Numbered from the stretch's first letter, positions 1-9,962 are shown. The stretch: 40,869 bases of DNA from Candidatus Rokuibacteriota bacterium (GCA_016184305.1 JACPCX010000112.1:1-40869), one strand, 5' to 3'. A program made the numbers and translations. The notes: generated from the letters alone by a model not told the origin.

Positions 1-246
<246 letters not shown>

Positions 247-250
<4 letters not shown>

Positions 251-759
251 AGAAACCGATCCGCTTTTCCGTCAACGGGAACCCGACCGAGCTGTGGCTC
301 GAGCCGCAGCGGCTCCTCCTCGACGTGCTCAGGGACGATCTGGGGCTGACCGGCACCAAATCGAACTGCGGCCTGGGTGTCTGCGGGACCTGCACCGTCC
401 TCGTGGACCGTCGGCCCGCGAGTTCGTGCCTCGTGCTCGCGGGCCTGCTGGACGGGCGCGACGTGGTGACCGTCGAGGGGCTGGCGCCGCGCGGCCAGCT
501 CGATACCGTCCAGGCGGCCTTCATCGAGACGGGCGCCTTCGAGTGCGGCTTCTGCACGAGCGGCATGATCGTGAGCGCGCGCGCCTTCTTGAACAGCGGG
601 CGGCCCGCCACGCGGACCGAGATCGCGGAGTTCATGGGCGGCAACCTGTGCCGCTGCACGGGGTACGAGAACATCTTTCGGGCGATCGATCTCGCCGGCG
701 CGCGTGAACGCGCGTCGCAAGGCGGGCCGGCCCGGGCAAACGAGGGGACGGGGGCATGA
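247..759 (+). CDS. (2Fe-2S)-binding subunit, CoxS/XdhC-like
   Basis: Motifs GTKSNCGLGVCGTCTV and ECGFCTSG...GNLCRCTGY. Confidence 0.95.
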
Positions 760-1208
760 CGTTCGAGGACACCTTCGGGGTCAAGGCGCCCGTCGAGACC
801 GTCTGGCGATTCTTGCGCGATCCGGAGCAGGTCGGGAAGTGTATACCGGGTACCGAGCGGGTCGAGGTCGTCGACGACCGGAACTACCGTGTCGTCGCGT
901 CGGCGAAGGTCTCGTTCCTCACCGTGTCCTTCAACATGAAGGTCACCGTGACCGAGATCGAGGAGCCCCGGCGCCTCGTCTCGGTGGCCGAAGGACAAGA
1001 TACTCGTCTCAACGAGCGCGTGAAGATGACGACCGCGCTCACGCTCGAGGCAGACGGCCCTGCGGCCACGCGGGTCAGCTACAAGATCGACATGGGAATG
1101 TTCGGCAAGCTGGCGTCGATTGGATTCTCCGTGATCCGCGGGAAGGCCAAGCAGATGGCGGAGGTCTTCGCCAAGGAGGTCAAGGCGAGGCTCGAGAGCG
1201 CGGCGTGA
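756..1208 (+). CDS. CoxG/SRPBCC-family protein
   Basis: VWRFLRDPEQVGKCIPG and MFGKLASIG motifs; follows the L and S subunits with an ATGA overlap. Confidence 0.9.
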   Translation: MTFEDTFGVKAPVETVWRFLRDPEQVGKCIPGTERVEVVDDRNYRVVASAKVSFLTVSFNMKVTVTEIEEPRRLVSVAEGQDTRLNERVKMTTALTLEADGPAATRVSYKIDMGMFGKLASIGFSVIRGKAKQMAEVFAKEVKARLESAA

Positions 1209-2226
1209 CGGCGGCCGACCGGAACGCAAGCACGGCGGTCACGGCCGCCGCGGCAGCGCCGCGACTCACGCTCATCCGCCACGCCGACGTCTACGCGCCG
1301 GAGCCGCTGGGGTTACTGGACCTCTTCATTGTCGGCGAGCGGATCGTGCGCCTCGATCGCGATCTCAGTCGCTTCGCCGTGCTTCCGGACGTCGAGGTGC
1401 GGGACGCGCGCGGGCTCCGCCTCGTGCCCGGCTTCATCGACCAGCACGTTCACATCGCCGGGGGCGGCGGCGGCGGCGGCTTCGTCACCCGGGGCGCCGA
1501 GGCGATGCTCAGCGACCTGACGCGCTGGGGCATCACCACCGTCGTCGGCATCCTCGGCACCGACGGCGTGATGCGGCCGCCGATCACGCTGCTCTCGAAG
1601 GTGCGTGCGCTCGAGGCCGAAGGCTCACGGCGTACATGTGGATCGGCGCCTACGATGTTCCGCCGCCGACGTTCACCGGAAGCGTCCGCCAGGATCTGGT
1701 CCTCGTGGACAAGATCATCGGGGTCGGGGAGATTGCGATCTCCGACCATCGGTCCTCGATGCCGACGATCTCGGAGTTGGCCCGTATCGCGGCCGACGCG
1801 TTCATGGGCGGGCGCATCGGCGGCAAGTGCGGCATCCTCCACCTGCACGTCGGCGACGAGCCGAGCGGGCTCGACCCGCTGTTCCGCTTGATCCGCGATT
1901 TCGAGGTCCCGATCACGCAGTATTGCCCGACGCACGTGAACCGCATTCCGCATCTTCTCGATCACGGCTTCGAGTTCGCCCGGAAGGGCGGCCCCATCGA
2001 CATGACCACGTTCGTGCCGGGCCCGACGGGCATGTCGAAGGCGGTGAAGGCGAGCCGGGCGGTGAAGATGGCTCTCGACGCCGGCGTCCCGCTGGAGCTT
2101 ATCACGATGAGTACCGACGGCAACGGGGTCCATTCGTTCTTCGGCTCCGAGGGCGCCGTCGAGCGCGTGGAGCTATGGCAGATCGGGACGCTCTACAGCG
2201 AGGTGCGCGACCTCGTGCTCGACGAC
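1205..2226 (+). pseudogene. iadA: Beta-aspartyl peptidase (isoaspartyl dipeptidase), frameshifted at ~1625 and lacking its C-terminus
   Basis: GTG start at 1205. Reads VYAPEPLG, PGFIDQHVHIAGGGG, GITTVVGILGTDG, then continues in another frame as TAYMWIGAY, GVGEIAISDHRSS, LHLHVGD, PTHVNR, MSTDGNG. One base is missing at gaaggc^tcacggcg. Confidence 0.8.
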
Positions 2227-2559
2227 TCCGAGGGCAACCCCTATCCCCGAGGCAGCTGGGGGGACTTCATCCACGTCGAGCGGGGCATGAAGGCGTTCGC
2301 GACCGACCCGGCGACTACCGTGGTGCAGGCGTTCCGCCACGCTGTGAAGGGGGCGGGCGGCGATGACGGCGTGGACATGATGCGCGGCTGGGGCGACGTG
2401 GAGTTCGTCGCCACCGACCGCCGCGTGCCGACCATCTACTTCGGCCCCGGCACGGTCGCGGCGGCGCACACCGCCGACGAGTACATCGATCTCGACCGCT
2501 ACCACATGGGCGTCACCGTCTACGAGCGGGCCATCCAGGAGTTGCTGAGCACGGCGTAG
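2227..2559 (+). pseudogene. C-terminal fragment of an M20 (ArgE/DapE-like) metallopeptidase fused in frame to the iadA remnant
   Basis: VPTIYFGPGTVAAAHTADEYIDL is the M20 C-terminal signature and does not belong to IadA. The junction position is approximate. Confidence 0.7.
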
Positions 2560-2579
2560 TCATCGGCCGCGGACGCTTA

Positions 2580-2714
2580 GCGCTCGTAAGACAATAAGTG
2601 AGAGAATCGACCCTGCTTCCGGGTCGGTGGGATCGCGTGCTTCTAGTCTTACCAGGACTCTTGGAAGGTATCATTCGGTCTCCCATGTTCGTTCAGTTAT
2701 CTTCTTACGAGCCC
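2580..2714. mobile_element. 135-bp MITE-like element with 18-bp imperfect terminal inverted repeats and TTA target duplication
   Basis: Left end GCGCTCGTAAGACAATAA (2580-2597) versus the reverse complement of the right end GGGCTCGTAAGAAGATAA (2697-2714), 15/18 match. TTA at 2577-2579 and 2715-2717. The interior is AT-richer than the flanks. Confidence 0.7.
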
Positions 2715-3189
2715 TTAGAAGTGGAACTCGGCGATGGTGACGTGGCCCTGCTCGAGGGGATAAGGCCTCACCGTCAGAGCCTCGACGTTGAAGGTCACGC
2801 GGCCGCGAAACGCCGGACCGGGGTCGAAGCGCTGGGTGGCCTCGGAGGGTTTCGGCACGCCCTCGATCACACCCCAGGTACCTTGCCGTCGAGATGGAAG
2901 GTGTCGCGGCCGTGACCGAGATAGCCACGCGGTCGTGTGAGCGTCACCAGCGCACCGGTGCCGCCGTCCTTGTCCGCGAGTGGACGCAGGTGCGCGAAGG
3001 CGCTCGCGCGTGCGAAGGGTGTGCCCTCCCCAACTGCGGCCAAGAGGACAAACGAAACCCCGTGGCGGCGAGGCCATCAGCTTGCGAAGAGGTCGGCTCT
3101 GACGCATCCTCGCGCTGGAGGAGGCGGGAGCGCCCGCGGAGTACCTCTTCGAGCGGGGCGAGCTGCGCATCGCGAACCTCGACGAGGCG

Positions 3190-3400
3190 GCGCGCGTCCA
3201 GGTCTTCACCTCGTTGACGTGCGAGGCGCCGTCGCGGATGGCGGCCGTGGCCATGCCCACCGTGATCCTCTCGCACCGGCAGAGCGTCGTGGCCTCGTCG
3301 GCCAGCGTGTAGATGCCGGGGCCGAAGCGGTAGAGATCGTCCATGACGCGGCGGAACCCGGCCAGGTGAAACAGCGTGCTCTGTGCGGCCGGGAGCGGCG
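3190..3400 (-). pseudogene. Fragment of an HcnB/opine-oxidase-like FAD oxidoreductase (BFD-like 2Fe-2S region)
   Basis: LAGFRRVMDDLYRFGPGIYTLADEATTLCRCERIT...AIRDGASHVNEVKTWTRA breaks off just before the expected GMGxCQGRxC. No N-terminal part is present. Confidence 0.7.
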
Positions 3401-3410
3401 CAGGGGCCGG

Positions 3411-6400
3411 TCAGCGGGGTTCGGGCTTGGCCTCGCCGGAGGATAGCCGGCTCGACCCCCACGCGACGCGTCCGGCCAGCGCCGCCTTCCACCGCGGGAA
3501 CCGCACCCACGCGAAGACCCTGAGCCCGCGCAGGTCGTCGAAGGTCGAGTAGATCACCGGAGTCATCAGCAGCGTCACGATCAGGCAGAGCGCCTGGCCG
3601 CCCACCACCACCGTGGCCAGCGAGGCGCGGGAGGCGGAGCCGTCGCCCTTGCCGAGCGCCACGGGCAACATGCCCGCGATGATCGCCAGGGTCGTCATGA
3701 GGATGGGGCGCAGCCGGGCACGATCGGCCTGCATCTGGGCCTCGGTGCGCGCGAGCCCGCGCTCGCGCAGCACGTTGGTGTAATCCACCTGCAGGATCGC
3801 GTTCTTCTTCACCACGCCCATCAGGAGGAAGAGTCCCATGATCGAGTAGATGTTGAGCGTCGTCCCGACGATCAGCAGAGTGAGAAGCCCGAAGGGGATG
3901 GCGAGGAACATGGAGACCATGATGGTCAGCGGGTGGACGAAGGACTCGAACTGGGCCGCGAGCACGATGTAGATGAAGGCCAGCGACAGGACGAAGGCGA
4001 TGAAGAAGTTCTGGATGGCCTCCTGCAGGAGCTTGCCGCGCCCGGTGGTCTGGATGCCGTACTCCGGCGGCATCCGCTGGGCGGCCACGGCGGCGTAGGC
4101 GTCGGTGTACGCGTCGGCCAGGGGCTTGTCGTAGAGGTTGGAGACGATGGTCATCGAGCGCTCCTGAGCGTAGCGCTCGATCTGGCCCGGGCTCATCCCC
4201 GCGCCGAGCGTGGTGACGTTCGACAGCTTCACGAGCGACCCCACGCTCCCGGGCACCATGAGGGCCGGCAGCCCCGAGGCGTCCTTGCGGTAGCCCTCGG
4301 CGAGGCGCAGGCGGATGTCGTACTGCACGCCGGCCTCCCGGTAGAAGCCCACCTTCTCGCCGCCGACCAGGGTGCGCAGGGTCGTCGCCACCGCGTCCAC
4401 GCGCACGCCGAGGTCCGAGGCCTTCTGCCGGTCGATCCGCACCTGGACCTCCGGCTGCCGGAGCGCCTGCGCGGTGTCCAGGTCCACGAATCCGGGCCTG
4501 GCCTTGAGGGCGGTGATGACCCCCGCCGCGTACGTCTCCAGGCCCGCCAGCTCCGGACCGCGGAGGATGAGGTTGAAGGGGGTCTGGCGGAAGCCGCCGC
4601 CGCCGATCAGGCTGATCTGCTGGACGCTCATCCGCAGGCCAGGGAAGACGGCCAGGCGTCCCCGCACGTCCTGCATGAGATCTTTCTGCGAGCGGCGGCG
4701 CTCGGACATGTGCGTGAGCCCCACGTACACGGACAGGTCGGTGACGTTGGACTGGTACTGGCCGCGGACGCCGATGGTCGTGAACAGCGTGACGACCTCC
4801 GGGACCTTCCGGATCTCCGCCTCCAGGGCCCGGCTGATCTCGGCGCTCCGCTCGATCGACGAGCCGGGCGGGGCCTCGGCCACCACCTCGAACTCGCTCA
4901 TGTCGTCGTCCACGACGAACTCGAGCTTGGCGGTGGTGAGGAGGACGTAGCCGCCCACGAGGATCGTGCCGCCGGCGAGCAGGCAGAGCGCGCGGTGGCC
5001 GAGGCACCATCCCAGCGCGGCCTCGTAGGCCGTCTCCATCGTGTGGTAGAACCCGGCCGCCTTGGAGGCCGGGCCGGCCTCGGGCGCAACCGGGTGCGCG
5101 GGCCCGTGGCCGTCGTGGCGCTCGCCCGCCGCCAGCACGCGGGCGGCGAGCATGGGCGTGAGCGTGAAGGCGACCACCAGCGAGGTCAGGATGGCGAACG
5201 TGACGGTGAGCCCGAAGGAGTTCCAGAACTTCCCGACGAGCCCGCCCATGAAGGCCACGGGCAGGAAGATGACCACGAGGGAGATCGTGGTGGTCGTGAC
5301 GGCGAGGGAGATCTCCCTGGTCCCGGTGATGGCCGCCTCGAAGGGCGGGCGCCGCTCTTCCTCGGTGTGCCGGAAGATGTTCTCCAGCACGATGATCGCG
5401 TCGTCGATCACGATCCCGGTGGAGAGCGACAGCCCGAGCATCGTGAGGTTGTTGAGCGTGAAGCCGGCCACGCGCATGGCGGTGAAGGTGGCGATGATGG
5501 ACGTGGGGATGGCCACCGCCGCCACGAAGGCCGGGCGCAGCTTCCGCACCGACAGGAAGAAGATCATGGTGGCCACGATGGCGACGCCGGTCACCGTGAT
5601 GAGCAGGCGGGGGTTGCCCTGGAGGAACGCGGCGGCCACGGCGGCCACGATGACCGCCAGTGTCGTGCGCTCCCACCAGGTGAGCCGGCCGATGAAAGCG
5701 GCCACGATGAGGCTGGCGAGGAGCCCGCCCAGCAGGAGATGGTCCTGGACCTCCTCGAAGGAGCGCCGGATGAACTTCGACAGGTCGCGGACGATCTCGA
5801 ACTTGATGTCCTGTGGGAGGCCCTTCTGGATCTCCTGGAGCCGCCGCTTCACCGCGTCCACCACCGCCACCGTGTTGGTGCCCGACTGCTTGCGGATGAG
5901 GAGGGAGACGGCCACCTCCCCGTTCAACCGCGACAGCGTCCGGGGCTCCTGCTCGCCATCCACCACGGTGGCCACGTCGCGGACCCGGACCGGGCTGCCC
6001 TTGACATCCGCCACGATCAGCTCGTTGAAGGCCTCCACGGACTCGATGCGTCCCAGCGTGCGCAGCCCCTCCTCGCTCGTCCCCGCCGTGAGCCTTCCCC
6101 CCGGGATCTCCACGTTCTGGCGGAGGAGACCCTCCTTGATCTGCTGGATGGAGAGGCTGAAGGCCGCGAGCTTGTCGGGGTCCACGGCCACCTGGATCTC
6201 GCGCTTGCGGTCGCCCACGAGCGTGATGGCGCCGACGTCCTTCACCGTTTCCAGCGCGCGCTTGACGCGCTTGTCGGCGATCTCCGTGATCTCGCGCGCC
6301 GAGCGCTGCCCGGACACCACGAGCGCCAGCACGGGGGCCGAGTCCGGGTCCACCTTCTCGACGATGGGCGGCTCGGTCCCGGCCGGCAGGCGCCCCAGCA

Positions 6401-6743
6401 TCGTGCCAACCTTCTCCCGGACGTCGTTGGCGGCCTCCTGCACGCTACGCTCGAGGACGAAGGTGGCGAAGATCTGGGACTGGCCCTCGATGGTGGAGGA
6501 GCGGAGCTCGTCGAGCCCGCTGATGGTGTTGATGACCTCCTCGATGGGCTTGGTGACCTGGCTCTCGATCTCCTCGGGCGAGGCCCCGGGCAGCCGTGTC
6601 GTGATCGTGATGGTGGGCAGGTCCACCTTCGGGAAGATGTCCACGCCGAGCTGGACGAAGGAGGCGAGCCCGAGCACGACCATGGTGGCGATGATCATGG
6701 TCGTGAAGACGGGCCGGCGAACGAAGACCTCGAGGAAGCCCAC
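3411..6743 (-). CDS. RND efflux transporter permease subunit (AcrB/HAE1-like)
   Basis: 1110 aa. FVRRPVF start, GASPEEIESQVTKPIEE, GIVIDDAIIVLENI, GVVKKNAILQVD and RLRPILMTT motifs. Confidence 0.96.
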   Translation of the reverse strand: MGFLEVFVRRPVFTTMIIATMVVLGLASFVQLGVDIFPKVDLPTITITTRLPGASPEEIESQVTKPIEEVINTISGLDELRSSTIEGQSQIFATFVLERSVQEAANDVREKVGTMLGRLPAGTEPPIVEKVDPDSAPVLALVVSGQRSAREITEIADKRVKRALETVKDVGAITLVGDRKREIQVAVDPDKLAAFSLSIQQIKEGLLRQNVEIPGGRLTAGTSEEGLRTLGRIESVEAFNELIVADVKGSPVRVRDVATVVDGEQEPRTLSRLNGEVAVSLLIRKQSGTNTVAVVDAVKRRLQEIQKGLPQDIKFEIVRDLSKFIRRSFEEVQDHLLLGGLLASLIVAAFIGRLTWWERTTLAVIVAAVAAAFLQGNPRLLITVTGVAIVATMIFFLSVRKLRPAFVAAVAIPTSIIATFTAMRVAGFTLNNLTMLGLSLSTGIVIDDAIIVLENIFRHTEEERRPPFEAAITGTREISLAVTTTTISLVVIFLPVAFMGGLVGKFWNSFGLTVTFAILTSLVVAFTLTPMLAARVLAAGERHDGHGPAHPVAPEAGPASKAAGFYHTMETAYEAALGWCLGHRALCLLAGGTILVGGYVLLTTAKLEFVVDDDMSEFEVVAEAPPGSSIERSAEISRALEAEIRKVPEVVTLFTTIGVRGQYQSNVTDLSVYVGLTHMSERRRSQKDLMQDVRGRLAVFPGLRMSVQQISLIGGGGFRQTPFNLILRGPELAGLETYAAGVITALKARPGFVDLDTAQALRQPEVQVRIDRQKASDLGVRVDAVATTLRTLVGGEKVGFYREAGVQYDIRLRLAEGYRKDASGLPALMVPGSVGSLVKLSNVTTLGAGMSPGQIERYAQERSMTIVSNLYDKPLADAYTDAYAAVAAQRMPPEYGIQTTGRGKLLQEAIQNFFIAFVLSLAFIYIVLAAQFESFVHPLTIMVSMFLAIPFGLLTLLIVGTTLNIYSIMGLFLLMGVVKKNAILQVDYTNVLRERGLARTEAQMQADRARLRPILMTTLAIIAGMLPVALGKGDGSASRASLATVVVGGQALCLIVTLLMTPVIYSTFDDLRGLRVFAWVRFPRWKAALAGRVAWGSSRLSSGEAKPEPR

Positions 6744-8065
6744 TACCGCCCCGTCCTGGCGTCCACCCGCGCCACCGGGGCGCCGTTGAAGAGCTGGGAG
6801 AGGTTGGACGTCGCGACGGTCTCCCCCGCCTTCACGCCCTCCACGATCTCGACGAGCGGGCCCTGGCGGGTCCCGGCCTTGACCAGGCGTTCCTCCACCT
6901 TGCCATTGGTGACGACGAAGACCTTGCTGGTGCCGACGAAGTGCAACACCGCCTCCGCGGGGACGAAGGCCACGGTCGGGTCCGTCCGGGTGAGGACCAC
7001 GCCCTTGGCGAAGAAGCCGGGACGGAGCCGGCCGTCGGCGTTCGCCACGCGCCCCTCGAGGGCGAGGCTGCGGGTCTGCATCTCCACGGCGGGCGACAGC
7101 CGCGTCAGGTGGCCGGGGAACGTCTTGCCGGGGTAGGCGTCCACCGACAGCGCGATCCGCTGCCCCACGCGCAGGTCCGGAGCGAAGCGCTCCGACACCG
7201 TGCCCGTGTACTTGAGGGGATCGAGCGCCACCACGGAGAAGACCGCGGTGTTCTCCTTCACGTACTCGCCCGCATTGAGGTGACGCTTGGCGACGAAGCC
7301 GGCGATGGGCGAGCGGACCGTCGTGTCGCCGAGCCGCTTCTTCATGATGCCGACGGTGGCGTCACGGCGCGTCACCTCGGCCTCGGCCACCCGGAGCGTG
7401 GCGCGGTCGGACTCGAGCTGGGCCTCGGCGATCCGCACCTGATCCGGGTGCTGGCTGCGCGCGTTGACGGCCACGGCCAGCTGGGCGGCCGCCACATTGT
7501 GCTGGTTGCGGGCGCTGTCCACGTCGCGCGCCGCGATGAGCTGCCTGGCGAACAGCTCCTGGCTGCGGCCCAGCTCCGATTTCGCCCAGTCCAGCTGCGA
7601 CTGGGTGCGCGCCACTTCCGCGTCGAGGGCGGAGAGATTGTCCTTCACCCGCCGGAGCGCCGCCTCGCTGGCCCCGACCGCCGTGCGCGCCCGGGAGAGC
7701 GACTGGCGCGTCGAGAGCAGATCGGCCTCGGCCTGCTCCACGGCGAGCTGGAACTCGCGCGCGTCGTACTCGGCGAGCACCTTGCCCGGCGCCACCGCGT
7801 CCCCGAGGTCGGCGTAGAGGCGAGCGATGGTCCCCGGCTGCTCGGTCTTGACCAGCACGTCGTGCCAGGGCACGAGGCTCCCCACGGTCTCCACCGAGCG
7901 CTGGACCGCGCGCGTCTCCGCGCGGGCAACCGTGATGGGCAGCGGCGTGATGGCTCTGGCGGGGCCCTTCGGGGGCGCCGCGTTCTGGGCGTCGGACCGG
8001 CCGCATGAGACGGAGAGGACGAGGAGGAGCGAGAGCAGGAGGGACGTTCCGCCGTGGCGGACCAT
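6743..8065 (-). CDS. RND efflux periplasmic adaptor (membrane fusion protein)
   Basis: Lipoprotein-like signal (LLLVLSVSC), long coiled-coil hairpin, VRSPIAGFV and LRPGFFA motifs; 1-bp overlap with the permease. Confidence 0.94.
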   Translation of the reverse strand: MVRHGGTSLLLSLLLVLSVSCGRSDAQNAAPPKGPARAITPLPITVARAETRAVQRSVETVGSLVPWHDVLVKTEQPGTIARLYADLGDAVAPGKVLAEYDAREFQLAVEQAEADLLSTRQSLSRARTAVGASEAALRRVKDNLSALDAEVARTQSQLDWAKSELGRSQELFARQLIAARDVDSARNQHNVAAAQLAVAVNARSQHPDQVRIAEAQLESDRATLRVAEAEVTRRDATVGIMKKRLGDTTVRSPIAGFVAKRHLNAGEYVKENTAVFSVVALDPLKYTGTVSERFAPDLRVGQRIALSVDAYPGKTFPGHLTRLSPAVEMQTRSLALEGRVANADGRLRPGFFAKGVVLTRTDPTVAFVPAEAVLHFVGTSKVFVVTNGKVEERLVKAGTRQGPLVEIVEGVKAGETVATSNLSQLFNGAPVARVDARTGR

Positions 8066-8144
8066 AGGCGTTCAGTCTACCGCAGGGGGGCGCGCGCGGG
8101 CGAGTTCTCGACCGGCGCCGGAGGCTGTCGTAAGATATCGGTCC

Positions 8145-8633
8145 ATGGCTGTCCAGCGCACTCCCATGACCCGCCCCGGCCACGAGCGCCTCAAGGCGGA
8201 GCTCGATCGGCTCAGGCGGATCGAGCGGCCCGCCATCACGCGGGCCATCGCCGAGGCGCGGGCCCACGGCGATCTCTCGGAGAACGCCGAGTATCACGCG
8301 GCGCGCGAGAAGCAGGGGATGACGGAGGCGCGCATCAAGGACATCGAGGCCATGCTCAGCACCGCCGAGGTCATCGAGCCCCCGACCGCGGGCGACAGGA
8401 TCACCTTTGGCTCCACCGTGAGGCTCGAGGACGGGGACGGCAAGGAGATCTGCTACCAGATCGTGGGCTCGGAGGAGTCCGCCCCGGCCCGCGGCCGTAT
8501 CTCGATCCTCGCCCCGCTGGCGCGCACGCTCATCGGCAAGAACGTCGGGGATCGCGTGGTGGCGCAGCTGCCGGGCGGGAAGAAGGAGTTCGAGATCCTG
8601 GACGCGAACTTCCCCTGGCCCGAGGCTGGGTGA
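8145..8633 (+). CDS. greA: Transcription elongation factor GreA
   Basis: [55 protein letters not shown] at 8145. Confidence 0.96.
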   Translation: MAVQRTPMTRPGHERLKAELDRLRRIERPAITRAIAEARAHGDLSENAEYHAAREKQGMTEARIKDIEAMLSTAEVIEPPTAGDRITFGSTVRLEDGDGKEICYQIVGSEESAPARGRISILAPLARTLIGKNVGDRVVAQLPGGKKEFEILDANFPWPEAG

Positions 8634-8706
8634 GCCGCAGCCGCAGGCGAGGCGAACGGATTATGGGAATCCCCCGAGCGGAGCGAGGAGGGGTGAGCCG
8701 CAGCCG
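8628..8706. repeat. 16-bp direct repeat GGGTGAGCCGCAGCCG flanking a 47-bp REP-like segment
   Basis: Identical copies at 8628-8643 and 8691-8706, between the convergent greA and DGQHR genes. Confidence 0.7.
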
Positions 8707-8717
8707 AGGGTGAGGAG

Positions 8718-9845
8718 CTAGGGCCGCAGCGCTTCGCGCAGCTCGCGCGTGAGCGCCTCGACGGTGCCGCGCGTGCCGCCCGCGAGCCTGCTCTTCCACT
8801 CCCCCTCGGTCTCGAAGCGCCGGTCCTTCAGGCGGTCGCCCCAGGGCTTCACCGCTTCCCGGATCGCGTGGATGTCGAAGGGGTCCTTCTTGAGATCGCG
8901 CGCGCGCGCCATCACGTCCGGCGCCACGCGGATGAACGCCCGGAGCGCGGTCCCCGTCTTGATCGAGTACTTCCGCCCGGCCCAGGCCGCGGGGAAGACG
9001 CCCGCCAGGGCCTTCACGTAGTTCAGGAAGAAGCGCTTGGCGCCCTGGCGCAGCTCGTTCATGCGCGCCCCGCCGCCGATCTTCTCCACCGTCTCGAGGA
9101 ACTCCACGATCTCCTCGGCGAGCGGCGCCTGCGAGACGCGGCCCCTTCCTGTGCCGAGCATCTTGATCTCGCCGTGCAGCGGCGAGGTGTCGTCCTCGTT
9201 GAGCGAACGGATCACATCGTGGGCCAGCGCCTGGTTCGGATCGGGGTAGAGCTTGCGTCCCGCCAGGCTCACGATGTGGGAGGGGTTCAGGCGCGTGTGC
9301 TTGGCGTTGATCGTCACGAACAGCTCGACGATCTGCCGGGCGTCCAGCCGGTCGAAGAGCACCGCGGGGACCTCGATGCCCAGGTTTTCCCCCGCCTGGG
9401 TGAGGGCGTGGAGCGCCAGCAGCCGGTGCTGGCCGTCCAGCACGCGCAGCACGCCGTGCTCCTCCGGGATCTGGAGGAGCCCGAGGTCGTGCTGGCTCGC
9501 CATGGGGGTGAAGGTGAAGCGCTTCTCGGAGGTGATGATCACGGCGCCGGGAATGGCCGGCAGCGTCCCCGCTTCCCTGCACTCCCGGTAGTAGGCGACC
9601 AGCTCGTCGATCTTGCGGCGGATCACCGGACGCTGGTAGGCGGTCTCGCTCTCGGCGATCCGCTTCTCGAGCATCTCCCAGTTCACGCGCGCCCGGTTCG
9701 CCCGCTTGGAGCCCTGTGGCACCTCGGCGCCCGCGTACCCGAGGACCTCGAACTTGACGAGGCGGTCGATGTCCTTTGCGGAGAACGATGCCTGGAAGAA
9801 CTCCACCCCGAACTGCTTCACCCGATGCGCGGGTACCGTGATCAT
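8718..9845 (-). CDS. DGQHR-domain protein (DndB/ParB-like NTP-binding superfamily)
   Basis: YQRP...IPGAVII...LRVLDGQHRLLAL...LFVTINAKHTRLNPS; GGAGG RBS upstream. Confidence 0.9.
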   Translation of the reverse strand: MITVPAHRVKQFGVEFFQASFSAKDIDRLVKFEVLGYAGAEVPQGSKRANRARVNWEMLEKRIAESETAYQRPVIRRKIDELVAYYRECREAGTLPAIPGAVIITSEKRFTFTPMASQHDLGLLQIPEEHGVLRVLDGQHRLLALHALTQAGENLGIEVPAVLFDRLDARQIVELFVTINAKHTRLNPSHIVSLAGRKLYPDPNQALAHDVIRSLNEDDTSPLHGEIKMLGTGRGRVSQAPLAEEIVEFLETVEKIGGGARMNELRQGAKRFFLNYVKALAGVFPAAWAGRKYSIKTGTALRAFIRVAPDVMARARDLKKDPFDIHAIREAVKPWGDRLKDRRFETEGEWKSRLAGGTRGTVEALTRELREALRP

Positions 9846-9901
9846 CCACCCCTCCAGCTCTCTGGGGCCAGCGTGTGGGAAAGGAAGTTGCAGCCGTGCT
9901 T

Positions 9902-9930
9902 ACTCTAGAACATGCTTAAACCCCTGTCAA
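9902..9930 (-). promoter_or_regulatory. Sigma70-type promoter of the DGQHR gene
   Basis: Minus strand reads TTGACA-17 bp-TAGAGT in an AT-rich patch about 55 bp upstream of the ATG. Confidence 0.8.
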
Positions 9931-9962
9931 CATTTGCGTTTCTGGCCTGCCCTGCCGGATGG

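Noticed and set aside
1610..1640. Programmed frameshift in iadA
   Set aside because: No slippery heptamer or homopolymer at the site, and the gene is also truncated downstream
2598..2915. 105-aa ORF on the + strand
   Set aside because: It starts inside the MITE and runs antisense to a more protein-like fragment; no motif recognised
3933..7136. Very long alternative-frame ORFs (e.g. 3933-7136 +, 2944-5676 -, 34413-37076 +, 36709-39648 +)
   Set aside because: Shadow ORFs of high-GC genes: low-complexity Arg/Gly/Ala-rich translations overlapping well-supported genes
8718..9845. DNA phosphorothioation (dnd) system
   Set aside because: Only the DGQHR gene is present; no dndA/C/D/E, ssp or dpd genes are in the window
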